A DNA stretch of 56,475 nt, counting the filler, from Sphacelaria rigidula (Eukaryota): the NCBI GenBank assembly GCA_964200075.2. It is 7 parts of 7 records of this genome, joined end to end, with 100 filler letters (N's around TTAATTAATTAA, not from the genome) between each part and the next. Parts side by side here need not be neighbours in the genome. Positions count along the whole stretch, not along the records: positions 16,168 to 24,149 come from CAXNAA020012746.1; positions 24,250 to 32,231 come from CAXNAA020012747.1; positions 32,332 to 40,313 come from CAXNAA020012748.1; 4 more parts are not named here. One strand, written 5' to 3'. The notes beneath the pieces are model-generated. The model was not told where the DNA came from. It worked only from the letters and a program-made list of their open reading frames with translations, and searched no databases. Every line of letters begins with the position of its first letter. Position 1 is the stretch's first letter. The translations under genes were made by a program, and so were the position numbers. Of this stretch, positions 22,567 through 34,096 are shown in pieces.

Positions 22567-23663
22567 CAAGGGTCTGTCGATCGAAAATTTTCGGACACGT
22601 AGGCCACCCCCCCCCCCCCCCCCCCCCACCCCNNNNNNNNNNACACATTAACGTAACCCCCCCAAATTCATACAACCGTGATGAGGTTTATCGACCAAAA
22701 TTTTCCTCACACGTCGCCCCCCCCCCCCCCCCCCCCCTCCCGAGGGCATTTAAAAAATATTGTCATGATTTTCTCGATATTTTTTGTCGAGTTTCTCGCA
22801 AGGAATTGATCAATAAATTAAATGCTGACAAAAACGGAAAAGTCTGGTGGGCTTTGTGGGGTTCGTGATCTGCTTCTGCTCCTTGCCCGTTCTATCCCGA
22901 TGACCTCAGACGCCGGAGGGCAATTTTCCGACAATTAAAATTATCCTGTTTTTTCAATATTTTCTCTTAACTTTGTTGCAAGAAATTAATCAATGAACAT
23001 TGACAAAATCCGAGGAGTTCGGTGGGCTTTGCGGGGTATATGTTTGCTTCTGCTCCTTTACATATTCATTTACATATTAATAATAAATAATTTAAGGATC
23101 ATATGTTATATACTATATAGCATCTCTATATATTAATATATAATTATATAATAAAGTATATGCTGCTCTTTGATGAATATTCATATATATATAATTATAT
23201 ACAATATAATGTAGATATGTTATATATTATATATTAAGGAAAATAAGCATATGTATAATATAGAACTTAAATATTGACCTATATTATATGGCACATAAGG
23301 TATTAAATATAGTATATGAAACATAATATATGATATGTAATATATAAAATATAGTATATGATATGTAATATATGAAATATAATATATGAAATATAATGTT
23401 GGACATATATTATATATATTATGATATATAGTACATGATATATGACATATATAATATATTATGTATTACATATCATATATCATATATTATATATCATTTA
23501 TAATGTATAAGGATCTCTACTATTTACGGCAGCTGACCGCATCCGCCAACGCCTCGGCGAAAAACCAGGGGACACACGGCTGGGTGTCCCCCCCCTCCTC
23601 AAAAACTCGAATTTTCGATTTTGGGGCCTACGTGTCCCGAAATATATTTTTGACAGACCCTTG
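22567..23663. mobile_element. Non-autonomous TIR element (P-superfamily-like ends) containing an AT-rich island
   Basis: Ends CAAGGGTCTGTC...GACAGACCCTTG, inner match ggacacgtaggcc, perfect 7-bp TSD ATCGAGG (22560-22566 / 23664-23670). Confidence 0.8.
23060..23510. repeat. Extremely AT-rich low-complexity (TA/ATAT) tract
   Basis: About 450 bp dominated by tata/atat motifs in a window otherwise close to even GC. Confidence 0.9.
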
Positions 23664-24619
23664 ATCGAGGAGCAATAATGACACTGGCAGATGTATGCGA
23701 CTCATACCGCTTATCTTCAGCGAACTCCACTGGTTCAAACCCGGCGATACCGGTGATGCGTTGACTGCGAGTTCTATCGACGTTCTCCTGACCGTATAGA
23801 AGGAAGGGTGGTTTCAGGATGTTGTGATCTGACCCGGGTTCGAACAGACTTGCAAAAAACTAGAGAGAGCGAGGTGTGCATTACTAGGGCCTAGGGGTAG
23901 CATGTTGCAGGGGGCTCAAAAGGGCGATCCACGCTGGGTCGGACAGGTACATAGATGTATATACGCAGAAACTGAAGGGGGCATGAGAGGTTTGTACTGG
24001 CACCTGAAAGGCGCACGGTGTTAGAAAAGTGTCGCGATGAACCCTTTGACGTGATCGCTAGAGTTGGCGCAATGGCACTTAAGCCAAGCAAGCAGACAAG
24101 CTGCTTTGGAGTGTAGACAGAAGATGATGTTAAAGTCGAACTGATCGAANNNNNNNNNNNNNNNNNNNNNNNNNNNNNNNNNNNNNNNNNNNNTTAATTA
24201 ATTAANNNNNNNNNNNNNNNNNNNNNNNNNNNNNNNNNNNNNNNNNNNNCCACATATATCGAAAGATGTAGACTGGTGCCCAGAATAAATGGAACGACAA
24301 CACAACACAACACATCTCCAGAACTATATAGTTTCAACGAACTTAACCATAACGTCGTGAGCACCTCCGTTGGCGAGGTACGGCCTATCCTCCATAACGG
24401 ACTTTACTTATGGGACAGAGGAAGCAAATGGACAATACATGTACTCAATTTTTAGTGGGCACAAGTGTGTTGTGGCCTGGGATAATGATTTAGCAATTAT
24501 ACCTACACACGGTAGGTCTGTCGCGAGATCTCCGATTCTTGAAACCTGTTGTTTTTTGGTGTCAGTTGGCACCAGTATACTGGGGTCCGGGACGGTGAGG
24601 TCACAAACAGCTTTTCACG

Positions 24620-24840
24620 AAAAAGCTAGACTCGAGAGAATATCCTACGAGCGCCAAAAAGCAGACAACGCCGCGCGAAACTAGGGGACCCAGACAGAAA
24701 CCAGTCAGCAGTCAATCTAGTACTGTAGCCCCTGGTACTAGACTGAGACTACTGACTGGTTACTGTCTGGGTCCCCTAGTTTCGCGCGGCGTTTTCTGCT
24801 ATTTGGCGCTCGTAGGATATTCTCTCAAGTCTAGCTTTTT
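24620..24840. mobile_element. ~220-bp near-perfect hairpin (fold-back MITE)
   Basis: aaaagctagactcgagagaatatcctacgagcgccaaa... mirrors ...tttggcgctcgtaggatattctctcaagtctagctttt, with a short loop near 24725. Confidence 0.85.
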
Positions 24841-25121
24841 CCGCTTTTTCCCATCCACCAAACTATTGCTGAAGGGAGGGAGGCATCAGGGTGTGGATCA
24901 TACGGATGAAGTAGCCGGGGAGAAGGAGGAGAGGGGGTGGGGGTGGGGGGGGGGGGTAGAGTGTTCAATCGCAAGGGCGGGTCAACATCAAGAACGGTGG
25001 TAGTCTCGGGGTACCTCGATAATTTCCCAACTGCAACAAACACGCTCCTGTCTGGGAGATTTCTTCGCGTCAGTTTCTGTTTAAAACGCGTTCCAAAATA
25101 ACCCATAATTGTTGAGCTTAA

Positions 25122-25222
25122 CCCTTAGACCGCGAGGGTATGTCACCTGCTGAATCGGCATCAATTTTTAGTTGAAAAAGTATGAGTGATCCAGATGGAC
25201 CACCCGCACCGCGGTCTGAGGG
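25122..25222. mobile_element. piggyBac-like MITE 1
   Basis: TTAA|CCCTTAGACCGCG...CGCGGTCTGAGGG|TTAA. Confidence 0.8.
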
Positions 25223-25226
25223 TTAA

Positions 25227-25387
25227 CCCTCCTGGGACCGGGGTGGACTAACCGGGGATGAAGGCCGATCGTGAATCGGCATCATTTTCACTCGAGAACG
25301 ACTGACAATGATGGCGATTTACGAATGGACCCTGCGTGAAAAATAGCTCCTCATCCCCTGGTTAGTGGCAGTCCGGTCCCAAAACGG
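25227..25387. mobile_element. piggyBac-like MITE 2, sharing a TTAA with MITE 1
   Basis: TTAA|CCCTCCTGGGACCGG...CCGGTCCCAAAACGG|TTAA. Confidence 0.7.
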
Positions 25388-26499
25388 TTAAAGGAAGACG
25401 ACGCCTACATCAAAAACAGGGGCATCCGGGCTCAGCGAGTCGCTGTCACACAAACAAGAATATAACCTGTTTTGTAGTCCGCGCAGCACGGTAGAGAGTT
25501 CAGTGCAGTACCTCACCGTTATATGGGGTGGGTGGAGACTTATAATCAGCAGTGATCGTGCCACCACCGCATGTGGTGCGGTGTTTACGAAAGTTTGTAA
25601 GTCGTGACCTACAGGCGCGCCGCTGTCAGAGCTTCTCAGCAAATAGACACCCCAACTTACTGCATGCTGCTGACGCCTCTACTTAGACTTCAACAACACT
25701 ACAGACAGTGTGAAGCTATGCTGGCAACACATGAGGCATGAGACAGGCGGCACAGGCCTCAAGCAGAGTACAACACAAGTAATTTGTACCCATGTATTCT
25801 ATAGTTGAATTGCCATGACCAAAATGAAATATTCCAGTAGACAGCTTGTAGACAGCGAAGTATTCCATCTGTAGTCCACCTGTAGGGGAACTATCTATCA
25901 TTTTAACGACCGTGATTGGTCAGAATGGTCATTACTCGTTCCTGGGGAAACTTCTACAGACACAAGGTCGACTTGGTGAGCTTTTCGGTTGCTCTGCGAA
26001 CAGACACCCCCCACGTCCAAAACTACCTCCCCCAGCTAGTGAAAACCCCCGAATGTCACCGGACTGTCAGCCTGTGACACTGTTCCCAGGCGTTTTTGCC
26101 ACTGGGAGGAAGGGGGAGGGGGACAAGGGGGTGTTATATCCCGTACAAACATTGCGAGCTGGCTCTACCTGTTCGTTGCATGCAGTATCATACTACAACT
26201 GCATGTATCACAACACGTCAAGTATGAAGCATACATCAGGCATCGCGGCCCTTCTCGTGAGTCCTCACTTTTTTCCCGTCGGCGCCAAGCCTTCGCTGAC
26301 TCCCACCATTGTAACCTCCCGGGGTCGCCCCCAGCCCACGCCTGTGCATCCAACTCCAGACGCCTCTCAAACTCCGCCTCGCTGCTATTGAAGTCACCTT
26401 CGCTGTTGCTCTGATCGTCATTTACCGCGGTCATGTGTAGCACAAGAGCATTACACTGCCTTGTTTTCTTTCTATCGGTAGGCCTACTGCTGCATCGTT

Positions 26500-26770
26500 G
26501 GACGTTGAAGCTACTGCGGTGGTACATCGGCGGCTTGAACCCTGCGACATGATCTCGGCTATTGCTGACACAATAGTTGATGGGATGGGCAAAGCAGGGC
26601 AGCGTGGCGGTGTACGTGAAGGGCGCCTGAAGAGTGTTGCAAGCAATACTTGCTGCAAGTGCTGTTGTTATGCGGCCAAGGAGCACTCCTCCAAGCCATA
26701 GGCTCGACCTGCTGTTCCTCGTAATCATGGCAACGTGGTGAGTTGCTCGATATTGAAGATTTCCAAACAC
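26500..26770 (-). pseudogene. Possible hAT transposase remnant (CxxH region)
   Basis: LQAPFTYTATLPCFAHPINYCV resembles the hAT PCxAHxLNL motif. Degenerate and supported by one motif only. Confidence 0.35.
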
Positions 26771-27136
26771 GCCGCAGGTATAATCGTCTCAGACCCGGAG
26801 TCAACCAATAAACCTGCCTTTTCGACATGTGGTTCCATGATTAACGACATATGTAGGTATAACTCAATGTGGTCACCCGCTGAGTAGGGTATTGTAAATA
26901 AAAATAAATGAAGATTTTATTTACATCCCTAATTGACTCGCAGTGACGAGAGTTTCGTTTCGCTGCCAACCGTGTGAAGTGAACACCGATGACGTACAGT
27001 AACTCTGGGTGTGACCCTCTTGTCAGAGCAAACGAGGTGGATACGGGTGTATGATAGTATTATAATATAATGTATTATCATATACGAGTGAAACCGGTAT
27101 AAGGTTGCATGAAAACAACAGTGGTAGTTAGGCCAA

Positions 27137-27599
27137 CTCTAATAGGAGCCGTTCAAAATTCCTGTCGAAAACTGCCTTTCGGGCCCTTCTCCGTCGATTT
27201 ACGCTCGAAAAGAGGGCTAGGTGGGTGTTGACGCCTTGGAATGACTTGCCCCACTCGTTGAGACCGTTCTAGGGCAACTCTGCATTTCCCGCTGGCCGCA
27301 GTTTTATTTTTGACCAAACCAGCCCAACCACGATTCTTCAGCAAAAAACGGTCAGGTGATCAAAATTTCCCCAAGTATTTTGATCGATTGGCCGTTTTTC
27401 ATTGAAAATCCGTGTTCCGCCAGAAATTAAAGTGTGGCCAGCGGGAAATGCAAAGTTGCCCTGGAGCGGTCTCAATGATGAGTAGAGCAAGTCATCCCAA
27501 GGCTTCAATATTCGCGTAGCCCTCTTTTCACGCGAAAACCGACGTAGAAGGGCCAGAAAGGCAGTGTTGAACAGGAATTTCAAACGGCTCCCATCAGAG
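27137..27599. mobile_element. Fold-back element with ~170-bp arms; extra arm copy at ~27640-27800
   Basis: ggagccgttcaaaattcctgtcgaaaactgcctttc... mirrors ...gaaaggcagtgttgaacaggaatttcaaacggctcc. Confidence 0.75.
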
Positions 27600-27953
27600 G
27601 CGGTCTTACCCCACTTCTTGTGTACAAAAAAAATCTTCGAAAAGTGCTTTTTTGGCCCTTTTCCTTCGTTTTTCGCCCGAAAAGAGGGTCATGCGGATGT
27701 TGACACCTGGGAATGGTTTGGTCCACTCGTTGAGACCGTCCAGGGCATCTATGCATTCTTCATGCAGTAGGTCACATTTTTTTTGTTTTTGACCGACTCG
27801 CGCATTTTCAATAACGAACGGTTAACTTATAAAAAGACAGGGGGAGATTGCACTTTGAAAACGTAAGGTTGGCCAAAAACAAAACGGTGAAATAAAGGTG
27901 AAGTACTGAAAAAACTCCTGTGTTGGCCTTCCTCCTGTGTGACCCCGGCTGAT

Positions 27954-29150
27954 GTTGATTGATCAACTGATTGATTGATTGTCGCACTTTGACTGACCCC
28001 CCAGGGGTCCAGCCGTGGTCATGATCCACATGATAGACGTGCCCAAGAAAAACAAAACTGAAATACTCGATCGCTGAAGAAAAGAAGGAACACAAAAAAG
28101 TCGAACAGAACGACATCGTAGACCAAGACGTGAAAAAAAAAGGATAACAAAAACAATGTACAGAAAGAAATGGCCGACCTAAAACAAAAAAGAAAAATAA
28201 TAGGAGAGAAAAGAGCAAAAACTAAAACTAAACTAAACTGAACTAAACTAAACTAAGATGAAGAAAAAAAGGAAAAAGACGAAGGGATTCAGGGTAGCAG
28301 AGTAGATACAGACACACACCAGTGAGCACCGCGAGCCACCGACTAAGGACATAGTCAACAACCGACAAGAGTAGGCAGGCAGGGTTCTTCAATTGGCAGC
28401 CCTCGACGCAACAGCCTCTCGCTTGTGACGGCGGTCTGATTCTCGTTTGTCGGCGCGTCGCCACGTGTCCTTAAACTCTTCCGCTCCTTTTTCGACTCCA
28501 ATATGCCATTTGCCCATGTTCTCCGCCGCAGTGACCCAATCGTACGCATCGTTAATCTCTACACCGTAGATGAACCACTCCCGTCGTGCTCCCTTGTGCG
28601 GGACAGCCCCTAGCGCCGTATGTTCTCCTGTAGGGTATCCTCCCATTACTTGGGGGGACGGCCGACCTCCTTGGGTCCTCGTGTGGAAAGCCGACCGTTC
28701 ATGACGCGGTTGGGAAGGCGTGTGTCTTTCTGCCGGACAAGGGCTCCCGCGAACCAGAGCTGATGTTTGCGGATAGTCGTCTTGATACGTTCGCAGTTGG
28801 TCATCTCGAGCACCGCTCTATGCGAAAGAGTCTCGTAACCACTTCGATATTTCCTGCGGAATCCAACCACTCGCAGCAAGAGCTTGTGATGGGCAGGCAG
28901 TGTGCAGACCGTTAAGGTCCTCAGAACGCAGCGTCCATGTGGCACATCCATACAACAGAGCTTCTACTACCTCCGCTTTAAGCAGTCGAACTTTCAAGGA
29001 TAGCTCGACGTTGGGTCGGTCGTACAGTTGGGCGCTATATTTTCGGTTATGCGCTCACGCCGCGCTGATACGGTGGTTAATTTCGATGGACATTTTCGCA
29101 TCCGTGCTGATAGCTCCACCAAGGTAGATGAGCTTCCCCGTCTGCTTATG
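27954..29150 (-). mobile_element. 5'-truncated RTE-type LINE: RT C-terminal remnant (~28390-29140), 3' UTR and (TCAA)n tail
   Basis: KLIYLGGAISTDAKMSIEINHRISAA, LKVRLLKAEVVEALLYGCATW, IRKHQLWFAGALVRQKDTRLPNRVM...GRP. Contains a stop and frameshifts. Microsatellite tail at ~27955-27980. Confidence 0.88.
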
Positions 29151-29211
29151 TGCCTGCCACATAATGTACCGAAAGGTGTAGACGGGCGTCCAGAATAGGT
29201 GGGATGACAAC

Positions 29212-29268
<57 letters not shown>

Positions 29269-29270
29269 CA
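29151..29270 (+). repeat. 3' end of a SINE/LINE-like repeat with a (CAA)n tail; related end at 24250-24315
   Basis: gaaaggtgtagacgggcgtccagaataggtgggatgacaac(aac)n compared with gaaagatgtagactggtgcccagaataaatggaacgacaacac. Confidence 0.65.
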
Positions 29271-29288
29271 CACAAATTACCCGAAAAA

Positions 29289-29667
29289 TAGAGTGGAGTG
29301 AGATCATACCCAAACCATACTCGAAACTTGAGAATTGAAATCATACCAAGTGATGTGCATACTCTATATTCCCGGGTATGTTGCCGAGAGTACTTACCCA
29401 AAGTTTGGGCAGGGTATATTGAGATCAAACTCAACCCTACCCACAATATGGGTAGAGTGTTATTATTATACCCAAATCTACTCAAAATTTGGGTAGAGTA
29501 TTGAGGTCGTACCCACCAGGTGATACTCCATACCCGGGTATTGCTGAGAATACTTGCCCGATATTTCGGTAGGGTATTGCATACCTAACCTTACTCGTAT
29601 TGTGGGTAGAGTATTGAGGTACTCAAAGTTTAGGTACAGCATTTGAGGTCGTAGCCAATCCACTCAA
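29289..29667. mobile_element. MITE-like element with dense TACCC/GGGTA motifs
   Basis: Imperfect TIRs tagagtggagtg / caatccactcaa, with many tacc/ggta motifs in both orientations. Confidence 0.5.
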
Positions 29668-29916
29668 ACCCTGTGAGTACATACCCTACTAAATTCACCC
29701 TTGGTAAAATTGCCCTTAGTGCCTTTACCATCTCCATGCAGATTGTCTTGGATTGCATCTTCTATCATCAGGTCGTCTCTTTTCTTTCTTTTTTGCGAAA
29801 GCGACTTCCGAACCGCCTCGATTCGTTTTTTTGTTTCAGGTAGATCTGTATCCACAACGAAAAATGACCAAAGGAACGGACGTTACCCTTGGGCGAGCAA
29901 GGTACACGTTCTGCGA

Positions 29917-30086
29917 CATCAGGACCTACGTGAACTTAAGCTGGAGAAAAAACAATGAATAGGGCGCTCCGCAATCCCATATTACAGCCGCTCTTGCTCA
30001 GCATCAGGACCTACGTGAACTTAAGCTGGAGAAAAAACAATGAATAGGGCGCTCCGCAATCCCATATTACAGCCGCTCTTGCTCAG
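29917..30086. repeat. Exact 85-bp tandem duplication
   Basis: catcaggacctacgtg...ctcttgctcag at 29917-30001 and 30002-30086. Confidence 0.95.
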
Positions 30087-31288
30087 CATTTCTGGAGCGC
30101 CTGATGTTTGGGTTCAGGCTGCATGAAGCACCTCATATTGGCAATATTGGCGAGAACGAGCCCAAGCGTGAGAGTTCTCAGCTGCTTGTTGTGCTCGGGT
30201 TTTCCCATTTCGATTCACGTGAAGATTTTGCCTCCCAAAATCATGCACTTTTGTGGGGGGGGGGCTATCGTAGAAAGTGTTCCTCCCCCAAAAATAGTTT
30301 CGAGGAGGTCGGCGGGCATGAGGTCGTCGGTATGAAATTAATTGGTCATGACTTTAGGTCAGGGAAAGCACTGTTTTCGAGTTGAACCTCACCCAAATGT
30401 TGAACCTCAAAAACGGATCCAGTCTGTTTTTTTTTGCATCGATCATTATGGGGCGAAAAAAGTGACGCTTGCGTGATTTTACGACAGGTGTACACTTTTT
30501 AATCCAAAGTTTTTCTGGGGCTGCACGCTGAGGCCCAGATGTTCGCCATCGACGGGTTCCTGCAGCGCAGAGCCTCAGAAAAATATTGTGCACCCCTCCT
30601 GCGGAACCAGTCGCTTGTTAGCCCGCGAATGGTGCTTTCGCACATACCCCTTGGGGGAACAAAAGGCGGGAGACCCCCAAAAATGGCGTCAGGGAGGTCG
30701 GGGGGCATGAGTTCATCCATATGAAAGCTATTTCTCATGACGTTGGGCCAGGGAAAGCACTGTTTTGGAGTCGAACCGCATCCTAATGTTAACCTCCTAT
30801 TCGAAAATAATCTGTTCAAACCGAGCTTGAGCTCACGGGCATCGGTTCGGTGAGGGATGAGACACACCAAAATCCGCGATATTCATAATGCAAACGGGCG
30901 TATTATCTGGCACCTGCGATAGACCCGCGATATTCATGATGCAAACGGACGTATTATCTGGCACCTTTGAACTGTTTTGTGACTAAATCATTCAGCTACT
31001 GAAAACATCGGACATTAAGTTCTCACTCCGTTCTTCGTGGATGCAACGCCAAAAAAAGGACATCGTGCTCAGCTAGGCAAGAATTGCACTTCGGTGTTGG
31101 CGTCGTTGAATCGCTAAAACTGGAGTTCGCACTGCGCAAATGTAGTGCTGCGTGCGTCCTCGCCTCATGTTTCCAGCCGCAACACTACTTCGTTGTTACA
31201 AAACCGCCATGACATCACGAATGTCCTCATTCATCAGTCTGATCACCCTTCGGAATGTGCAAGAATTAAGAAGGGGTCTCGGCATTCA

Positions 31289-31721
31289 ACACGGGATTTT
31301 ACAAATTGGGGATGGATTTTTCATCGGGGATGAGAACCCGGAGAATTAAAATACTCGTATCCACACCAAATCTTCGAAATATGGCTTCACCTCATCAAAT
31401 GCTGGTAGCTATTGATAATTGCTACCCGCCGTACTAATTTGGATTTCGATGACCGAAATATCGGGGTCCTATGGTGAAAAACCAATTTTGGGGTCCGATC
31501 GGATCACCCAAATTCCCAAAAATTGGTTTTTCACCGTAGCACCCCGACATATCGGTTATATGGAAATCCAACTTTGTATGGCGTGTAGCAATTGTCAATA
31601 GCTACGAGCAAGTGAAGAAATGAGATCGTATTTCGAAGATTTGGTGTGGGTACGAAGATTTTAAATATCGGGGTTCTCATCCCTACTAAAAAATCCATCC
31701 CTACTTTGTAAAATGCCGTGT
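31289..31721. mobile_element. ~430-bp fold-back MITE; related end at ~48270-48394
   Basis: acacgggattttacaaattggggatggatttt... mirrors ...aaaatccatccctactttgtaaaatgccgtgt, centred near 31500. Confidence 0.8.
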
Positions 31722-32331
31722 TATTCCGAGATATTCCCAGCAACGACGAGCGAGAGAAAATTGAGAAGGAAAAAAAATCGAGTACCTCAATGAACCGTAC
31801 GCTAGGATTTCAAACATATTCCTCACTCGCAAAATCATCACCGACTCTTGTGTTAAGACACGACCTCAATCACCTCCAATGAGCGCATGCATTCGCATAG
31901 TACTTACAGGTATAGAGCTCTATATGATTATTTCGGTGGCCTTTCACCACCACCGGTATTACCGTCCGCGCTAATTTGCTCGAAGATTTTGAGCTCCCGC
32001 CAATCGAGCGTACCGTCGAAACAGAGAAATGCCGCACGATACGAGCGCAATAAGTCACACCCTGGACCAAGGGCGGGTGAAAAAAATATCCCTGGACCCA
32101 CACTCACTTTTTTCCATATGGGGCCGATTGGGGGGGTGGGGGGGGGGGGGGGGGGGGGGGAGAAAGGACAATCTTGGGCTGGGGTGCGAGCTGTATTTCG
32201 TATTACTTCTTATGTTTTAAAAAAAAAAAAANNNNNNNNNNNNNNNNNNNNNNNNNNNNNNNNNNNNNNNNNNNNTTAATTAATTAANNNNNNNNNNNNN
32301 NNNNNNNNNNNNNNNNNNNNNNNNNNNNNNN

Positions 32332-32391
32332 ATACATACATACATACATACATACATACATACATACATACATACATACATACATACATAC
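32332..32391. repeat. (TACA)n microsatellite at contig start
   Basis: Perfect tetranucleotide run. Confidence 0.95.
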
Positions 32392-33034
32392 GTACATAAA
32401 AGGAGCGAAAACAGATGGAAAAAAAAATAACGAAAAATAAAAAAATGACAAAAAAAAGAAGGGACGAGGAACGATCAAGAAGATGAATGAATAAAATGAT
32501 GAAAAAAATTGGAACATATCTCCATAGTGCACGGCAACCACAGACAACACAACAACGGCAATCGAAAGATTTGGAATTGGAATATTTGAAGAAGGATTTG
32601 TTGAATAGTTGAGAACCAAATTGCAGTCGCAATGACATAAAAAACAATAAAAAAACACCCCAACAAGTCGGCAAATCTTTTGCGAATTATCGCTCTTCAA
32701 TTGTGCTGATGAACGTGAAGGGGTGCTTGCCATGTAGTGGTACGCTGGAACGACACGGAATACCTCCATTTTTGTCACCTGTGGGTCTGTGCGTGAGTGT
32801 GTTGCAGAGTTTTGGTGTTGGTAAGCTATCCGATCTGCTCCTCGACTTGGGGAAAAAAAAACTGTACACGACGCTTGTCCCGCGCATAACAGCTTCTCCA
32901 CTGTAATTGACTCGCATGTGACTGTTGTCGATCGATCTTCTGCCAGAAGCTTTCACTCGGCATTTTGAAGTGGGGTGTCTCGCCATTCGAGGTGTTCACC
33001 GACGCTCAGGTATACAGGCTGAGGTAGAGAGAGG

Positions 33035-33400
33035 GGGCGGGGGCGTACTCATTTGCTGCTTTCCCCAGTCGTTTGACCATTGACCAAGGAGAAGGGGGAG
33101 GGGGGGGGGGAAGGGTACTCATGATCTTGCATGCTATAGTCGTAAGACCGTTGACCCCACACCCTTGCAAAGCCGGGACGGAGCACGCTAGGTTTTCGCA
33201 GGACCAGGCTCACAATCAATCACCAAGCGCAAAGCACGGTGATGTGTTTGACGAGTCCGTCCTGCTGAGGTTGCTCGGCTCGAAGCGCACTGATTATCTC
33301 GCATACGGATGAGAGCCTACAATAAGTTGCTTCATTTTGGGGGGAGCGGGGGGCGTACACAACCTCATGTGCAGCTCCCGGTTTGACACCCACGCACAGG
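33035..33400 (+). repeat. Dispersed SINE-like repeat family (other copies ~15065-15150, ~35660-35950, ~36165-36410, and 48495-48566 on the minus strand)
   Basis: Shared core gtactcatgatcttgcatgc...gacc.ttgacc...aaagccgggacggagcacgc...ggctc.caatca. Confidence 0.75.
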
Positions 33401-33639
33401 TGTCCATCATATCGTGTTGACCAACCAGAGGGCCATACTCATATCGCTACCCAAAGAATGTATAGGTGCACGCATCTAGACGTGGACTATTGCCCTCCGA
33501 GAAGTACACCTGCCCGGATCGAGAATTGCAACCCATTTGAGGCCGAACAAAACATGTTTGAGAAGTGACTACACGCTACTACATAGAGACTGGTTGGCCA
33601 ATTAATTGATAGATCGTCTCGGAGTACACACTGGCGAGA

Positions 33640-33990
33640 GGGGTTGATTGGTTGATTTATTGCCACACATTCAAGTGGTCCTCGAGAGATCCAGGCGGGA
33701 TTATACACATGATAGCGGTGTACCCGAGACAAACAACATAAAAAAGGCTCGCTAAGGAGAAGGCCAGTGGAAATAACGTAACGGTAGATGAGACAAACGG
33801 AGTGAACTGAAACACAACAAAAAAGGAGCACGAACGGGGAAAGGATCGGAGCGGAGAAGGACTTCCACATAAACCCAATAACAATAAGGACAAAAAAAGA
33901 GCAAAGTAAATGAGAGGACTGCGCACATAACACGCGAAACCCATGGGTACATGTAACGCGTACCGAACAAAGAGAGGACGCAATCAAGAG
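33640..33990 (-). mobile_element. LINE 3'-UTR fragment related to the RTE element
   Basis: Minus strand ctggatctctcgaggaccacttgaatgtgtggcaataaatcaaccaatcaa resembles the RTE 3' end and tail. Confidence 0.55.
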
Positions 33991-34028
33991 ACAGACAGTA
34001 CGCTATTAACGTGTCATAGTCTATTCAC

Positions 34029-34096
34029 CTTAACGATGAGCGCGTTGCGGAACTTGTTCTCCGTCTTGTGGTTCTCCAGGTTGTTCAGGAACACTC
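34029..34096 (-). CDS. Anoctamin exon GVFLNNLENHKT...LIVK
   Basis: cgcag acceptor, gtgaat donor, conserved ENHxT motif. Confidence 0.88.

Noticed and set aside
22520-22745. Apparent tandem duplication around a 10-N gap (similar poly-G region at ~2600-2830)
   Set aside because: Both sides abut long homopolymer runs, and the second copy looks like a low-quality re-read of the first. Likely assembly artefact, and the Gly/Pro-rich ORFs there are spurious.
26500-30200. A single large hAT element joining the two transposase-like relics
   Set aside because: On the minus strand the putative C-terminal piece lies upstream of the catalytic piece, which is the wrong order, and both calls are weak.
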